The position numbers and the translations under genes are program-made. 51,376 nt of DNA from Candidatus Zixiibacteriota bacterium (lineage in GTDB: Bacteria > Zixibacteria > MSB-5A5 > UM-FILTER-46-8): NCBI GenBank assembly GCA_014730175.1, contig WJIR01000031.1, positions 1-51,376 on the forward strand, read 5' to 3'. Numbering within the stretch: position 1 is the first letter of the stretch; each line of letters starts with the position of its first letter. The notes beneath the pieces are model-generated. The model was given only the letters and a program-made list of their open reading frames with translations. It did not search any database and was not told the origin of the DNA. This document shows positions 48,310 to 51,376 of the stretch, piece after piece.

Positions 48310-48918
48310 TTACTTAAGCAATGTTAATTTGCGAATGTCGGTTTTATCTCCCCATTGCATTCTGACAAAGTAGATGCCGCTGGGCAGCGCTTCACCGTCT
48401 TCATTTTGAGCTCTGAAATCCAGACTATATTCTCCAGGCTCGCAGACCTGATCCCTGATAATCTTAACCTGCCTGCCAAGTATGTCGCACAAACGCATAT
48501 CCAGTCGCCCACTTTTCTCTCCATCCAAACAGTATTTAATGGATGTGCTGCTGTTGAACGGATTGGGTTGGATGCTATTGATGGTAAAAACAAGCGGTAA
48601 CAACCGATTCTCATCATCTATCCCGACTACTGGCGAGTCTCCGGAGATATTGCCCCATACGCAATCGGGAGTAGGGCTATTGTCTTCCAAACAATCGTCT
48701 TGAATACCTTTCACCTCTATACCCAATACTTCGTCTGCCCGGTCATAAGGCAAAGACCATGAAAATAGATCCCATTTACAGTAAATAATTCTGGGATTCT
48801 CGGGGCTGTAACTCTGCGGCGCCATGTATACCGTTCCCGCTTCGGTCGTGAATGTGGAATCTTCGTAATCATAGTCGTCAGGCAAGCGGTGGTCAAAATC
48901 GATGCTGTCCTTTATCAT
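48310..48918 (-). CDS. T9SS CTD-bearing ORF without a signal peptide; probably the 3' part of the upstream M23 peptidase gene
   Basis: 202 aa ending in a CTD (QPNPFNSSTSIKY...GIYFVRM...RKLTLLK). No SD and no signal peptide. The same frame stays open for 43 more codons up to the TAG at 49048-49050 that ends the M23 ORF. Confidence 0.6.
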   Translation of the reverse strand: MIKDSIDFDHRLPDDYDYEDSTFTTEAGTVYMAPQSYSPENPRIIYCKWDLFSWSLPYDRADEVLGIEVKGIQDDCLEDNSPTPDCVWGNISGDSPVVGIDDENRLLPLVFTINSIQPNPFNSSTSIKYCLDGEKSGRLDMRLCDILGRQVKIIRDQVCEPGEYSLDFRAQNEDGEALPSGIYFVRMQWGDKTDIRKLTLLK

Positions 48919-49047
48919 ATCTTCCCAAAAGTAACTGTAGGCATGCAGAATTATTCGGTTCAGATCCTGATCAGCGTTGTAATAGTCATAATCCGTGACG
49001 ATGTTAAAGGTAACCGAGTCGATATCATCGCCCCAGTACGAATGTAC

Positions 49048-49563
49048 CTATAGGCTCTGGATATGGCTGTGACTTGCCATGCCTGAGTACGGTAAGCGAT
49101 GTAATGGATTTACGAATGTATCGAGCGGAGAGCTACCGAGTCGGAGACCCAAGTGCAAGTGATATTGGTCGTTCCCCCCGGTGTTTCCACTTAGTGCGAT
49201 CTGCTGTCCTTCTTGTATTATTTGCCCCTCAGAAACCATTATCTCGCTAAGATGGCAATAACTGGTAAGGAAGTTGTAACCGCGGTGGTTTATCCGAATC
49301 CAATCGCCGGCTTCTGGATGGTCTGTTCCAACTGCATCAACTTCACCCTCCTCAATGGAATGCACGGGCACCGGATAGTATGCTCGAAAATCAAGTCCTT
49401 CGTGAAATTCATATTCTTCTGATATTACTCTTGGTCCAAAACAGCTGGTTATAATATCTGGGTTGTATGGATTTCCAGTGAGAGGCCAAACTGACTGACC
49501 AAACGAGTTATTAAATGATATCATTGCAAATATTATTAAAGAATAAACTCTTATATACAACAT
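49048..49563 (-). CDS. Secreted M23-family (LytM-type) metallopeptidase domain protein
   Basis: The ATG at 49563-49561 overlaps the upstream stop (TAATG) and is preceded by a G7 run that could act as an SD. Signal peptide MLYIRVYSLIIFAMISFNNSFG. M23 motifs HEGLDF and QYHLHLG. The ORF-track start at TTG 49587 is less likely. Confidence 0.8.
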   Translation of the reverse strand: MLYIRVYSLIIFAMISFNNSFGQSVWPLTGNPYNPDIITSCFGPRVISEEYEFHEGLDFRAYYPVPVHSIEEGEVDAVGTDHPEAGDWIRINHRGYNFLTSYCHLSEIMVSEGQIIQEGQQIALSGNTGGNDQYHLHLGLRLGSSPLDTFVNPLHRLPYSGMASHSHIQSL

Positions 49564-50753
49564 TATTCCCCCCCTTTTTTTGTCCAATAATTAATGCAGG
49601 TCTCTCCTATCTCAAGAATGTCGCTGGAGCCGCAGAGGGGAAAACTTTGGTTTACGATAACATTGCCGGACATAACTTCCGGTAATTCCGGATCGAAGCT
49701 AACTATATATGATTGCTGCTGACGGACTGTGGGACGGGCATCCGGATCAATAAGATAAGTATATTCGTATATAACCTTATTCTTCGTGCATCGTGTGGTT
49801 CTGCTTATCCCGGAATTCGGCTCCAGAATGATCTCCATTTCATCAACTAAATCCCCATTTCTGGCATAAAGAAGCGTATTGTTCCTGACGAATGCTGTTT
49901 GACCTGCTTCAATCCATGTCCGAATATAGAGAAATTCGGGGTAATCGCTAAGATAGGCTGCGTCTCTTATCCGCGCATGAGATTCGATCTTAGTTAACCA
50001 ATTGAGAGATTTGTCCATAAGTACCGCTTCACTTCGATTCCAACAGAGGATTTTTTTAGGGCTACGGGATACCGTTAGATATTCAATACCCGGCGATGAA
50101 ATAAATTCCTCATTAGATTTCTTATGTAAGAATTCTCCGGTATTGACATTAATGATCGATAATGCTTGGCGATCGTAAAATACCAGAGTTGAGTCATCCA
50201 AAGCCTCTGCTAATCTCCATTTACCGGAGCTACATGAATAGACGGTATCTCCGTTTTCAGTTAAGAGAATAAAAGGGACAGGCCATTCCTCCCATGACCT
50301 GGAATAAAAAAAATTACCGTTCGGCGAACTCATTAATATCGCTTCTCCAACCCGAAAGCTATGCAAGTGATTGCCGAAGTCATTGTAGACTTCTGCTACC
50401 ATCGAATGTTTGCCATGCTGCATTATAACCCGGTTGCCGGTTGGTGAAACCGAGATCCATCGGATATCGTAATCAAAATTCTTAGTGTTCCAGAGCATTT
50501 TCCCCGACCTGTCAAAATGAGCGTAGGAAAAATTACCCAGATGGCCCATCCTGATTCCGAAATATCCATCGCCGGTGTACACAGCGGTAACTGCGGTATC
50601 CGGCAATTGGCTTTTGGGTATCTCCCAGACTTTCTCATAATCAGGAAACGCTTCCTGGAAAGTGAGAACTTCCTCGCTTAATGCATTTCCTGGGATCAGC
50701 AAACAGAGCAAGAGGAAGGGAAGAAAAATAAGTTTCCTCAACTCGTAGTCCAT
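49563..50753 (-). CDS. Secreted hypothetical protein, 396 aa (possibly beta-rich or propeller-like)
   Basis: AGGAGG RBS. Signal peptide MDYELRKLIFLPFLLLCLLIPGNALS. No recognisable catalytic motif and no CTD. Confidence 0.65.
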   Translation of the reverse strand: MDYELRKLIFLPFLLLCLLIPGNALSEEVLTFQEAFPDYEKVWEIPKSQLPDTAVTAVYTGDGYFGIRMGHLGNFSYAHFDRSGKMLWNTKNFDYDIRWISVSPTGNRVIMQHGKHSMVAEVYNDFGNHLHSFRVGEAILMSSPNGNFFYSRSWEEWPVPFILLTENGDTVYSCSSGKWRLAEALDDSTLVFYDRQALSIINVNTGEFLHKKSNEEFISSPGIEYLTVSRSPKKILCWNRSEAVLMDKSLNWLTKIESHARIRDAAYLSDYPEFLYIRTWIEAGQTAFVRNNTLLYARNGDLVDEMEIILEPNSGISRTTRCTKNKVIYEYTYLIDPDARPTVRQQQSYIVSFDPELPEVMSGNVIVNQSFPLCGSSDILEIGETCINYWTKKGGE

Positions 50754-50832
50754 AAAACCTCCTAAAAAAATCTAAAATGATTGTAGCATGAATTTGAATC
50801 ACATCCCACGCCGGGAGCGTTTCATAATTCTT

Positions 50833-50861
50833 AAAATAACTTAAGATATTTGTGATGTCAA
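50833..50861 (-). promoter_or_regulatory. Sigma-70-like promoter candidate for the 50753-48310 operon
   Basis: On the minus strand: TTGACA (complement of 50856-50861), 17-nt spacer, TATTTT (complement of 50833-50838). Confidence 0.4.
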
Positions 50862-50918
50862 GGAAACTCTATTTTCGATGACTAATTGGGACGACTTAGC
50901 TTCAATCGCGCCCATAGT

Positions 50919-50946
50919 AAAAAAGGCAGCCGCGCAGGCTGCCTTT
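50919..50946 (-). terminator. Rho-independent terminator after the partial CTD gene
   Basis: GGCAGCC 50925-50931 / GGCTGCC 50937-50943, extended by flanking A/T pairs. On the minus strand it is followed by TTTTT. Confidence 0.7.
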
Positions 50947-50966
50947 CAATCAGGAGAAGAATAAAT

Positions 50967-51376
50967 CTACTTAAGAAGTGTCATCCGCTTCGTGAACTCC
51001 TTTCCCCCAACTTCCAATTTATAGAAATACACTCCGCTGGCATACTCCGATGCATCCCAGGTAACTGAATATTCTCCGGTAGATTTCTCACCATCAACCA
51101 GCGTGGCAATCTTCTGTCCAGCAAGATTATATATGCACAAACTCACATTACGCGCTTCGCGTAATTGATAGGTGAAGGTAGTCGTGGCGTTAAATGGATT
51201 CGGTGAATTATCAATCGAATATGCCGGGGGCAAGCCCGCCGACCTACGATCATCGATACTTCCGCCGGTTGGCGCTCCAGCGCCGACGGTGGTTTCCATA
51301 ACACTCCATTCGCGGTTGCCGTCTGCCAAAGGCGCGCCTTCCACCGTAAAATCAAACCATACCGAATCGCATTTGG
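50967..51376 (-). CDS. 3' end of a T9SS cargo gene (5' end lies beyond the window)
   Basis: The frame is open to the window edge (..KCDSVWFDFTVEGAPLADG..). The 'M' in the ORF track is an internal GTG. CTD: SPNPFNATTTFTY...LCIYNLAGQKI...GVYFYKL...RMTLLK. Confidence 0.8.
   Translation of the reverse strand, partial: KCDSVWFDFTVEGAPLADGNREWSVMETTVGAGAPTGGSIDDRRSAGLPPAYSIDNSPNPFNATTTFTYQLREARNVSLCIYNLAGQKIATLVDGEKSTGEYSVTWDASEYASGVYFYKLEVGGKEFTKRMTLLK

Noticed and set aside
49048-49050. Pyrrolysine decoding of the in-frame TAG in the M23/CTD gene.
   Set aside because: No Pyl-associated context is visible (no methylamine methyltransferase family gene, no obvious downstream structure), and Pyl is very rare in bacteria. 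A nonsense mutation or sequencing error is more parsimonious.

Overview
This 51.4-kb window comes from a diderm bacterium. It is probably an uncultured member of the FCB superphylum, because six genes end in a T9SS type-A C-terminal sorting domain (CTD) and a LapA/LapB pair is present. That lineage call is inference only.

Layout:
- 1-16 kb: 3' end of tuf, then an unbroken S10-spc-alpha ribosomal superoperon (rpsJ to rplQ, including secY, adk, map, infA, rpmJ, rpoA).
- 16-19 kb: nucleoside salvage operon (deoB-cdd-pdp).
- 19-24.5 kb: lapA-like and lapB genes, a TPR/SPOR protein and mutS.
- 24.7-32 kb: first T9SS cargo island, with a C25 gingipain-like peptidase, an M28 peptidase and a thioredoxin-fold/Omp28-like protein.
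- 32-45.7 kb: an orphan gene, cobO, a YdiJ-like FAD/Fe-S oxidoreductase, dcd, porGDAB, maeB, gdhA and kbl.
- 45.9-51.4 kb: second T9SS cargo island on the minus strand.

No rRNA, tRNA, CRISPR array or mobile-element gene was recognised.

The strongest lead is the third cargo gene (30609..32036). It only makes sense if a single in-frame TGA (30723-30725) is read through. That TGA sits at the first Cys position of a thioredoxin-fold CxxC motif (U-G-G-C). A two-tier hairpin follows it, and the apical loop GGUCUU resembles the E. coli fdhF SECIS. The product would be a candidate T9SS-exported selenoprotein.

Secondary leads:
- an M23 peptidase/CTD gene split by an in-frame TAG;
- a C25 paralogue that appears to lack the catalytic His;
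- homopolymer tracts in or next to surface-protease genes;
- paired CRP/FNR-like palindromes between gdhA and kbl;
- an orphan 221-aa gene;
- low-complexity extensions on several ribosomal proteins.
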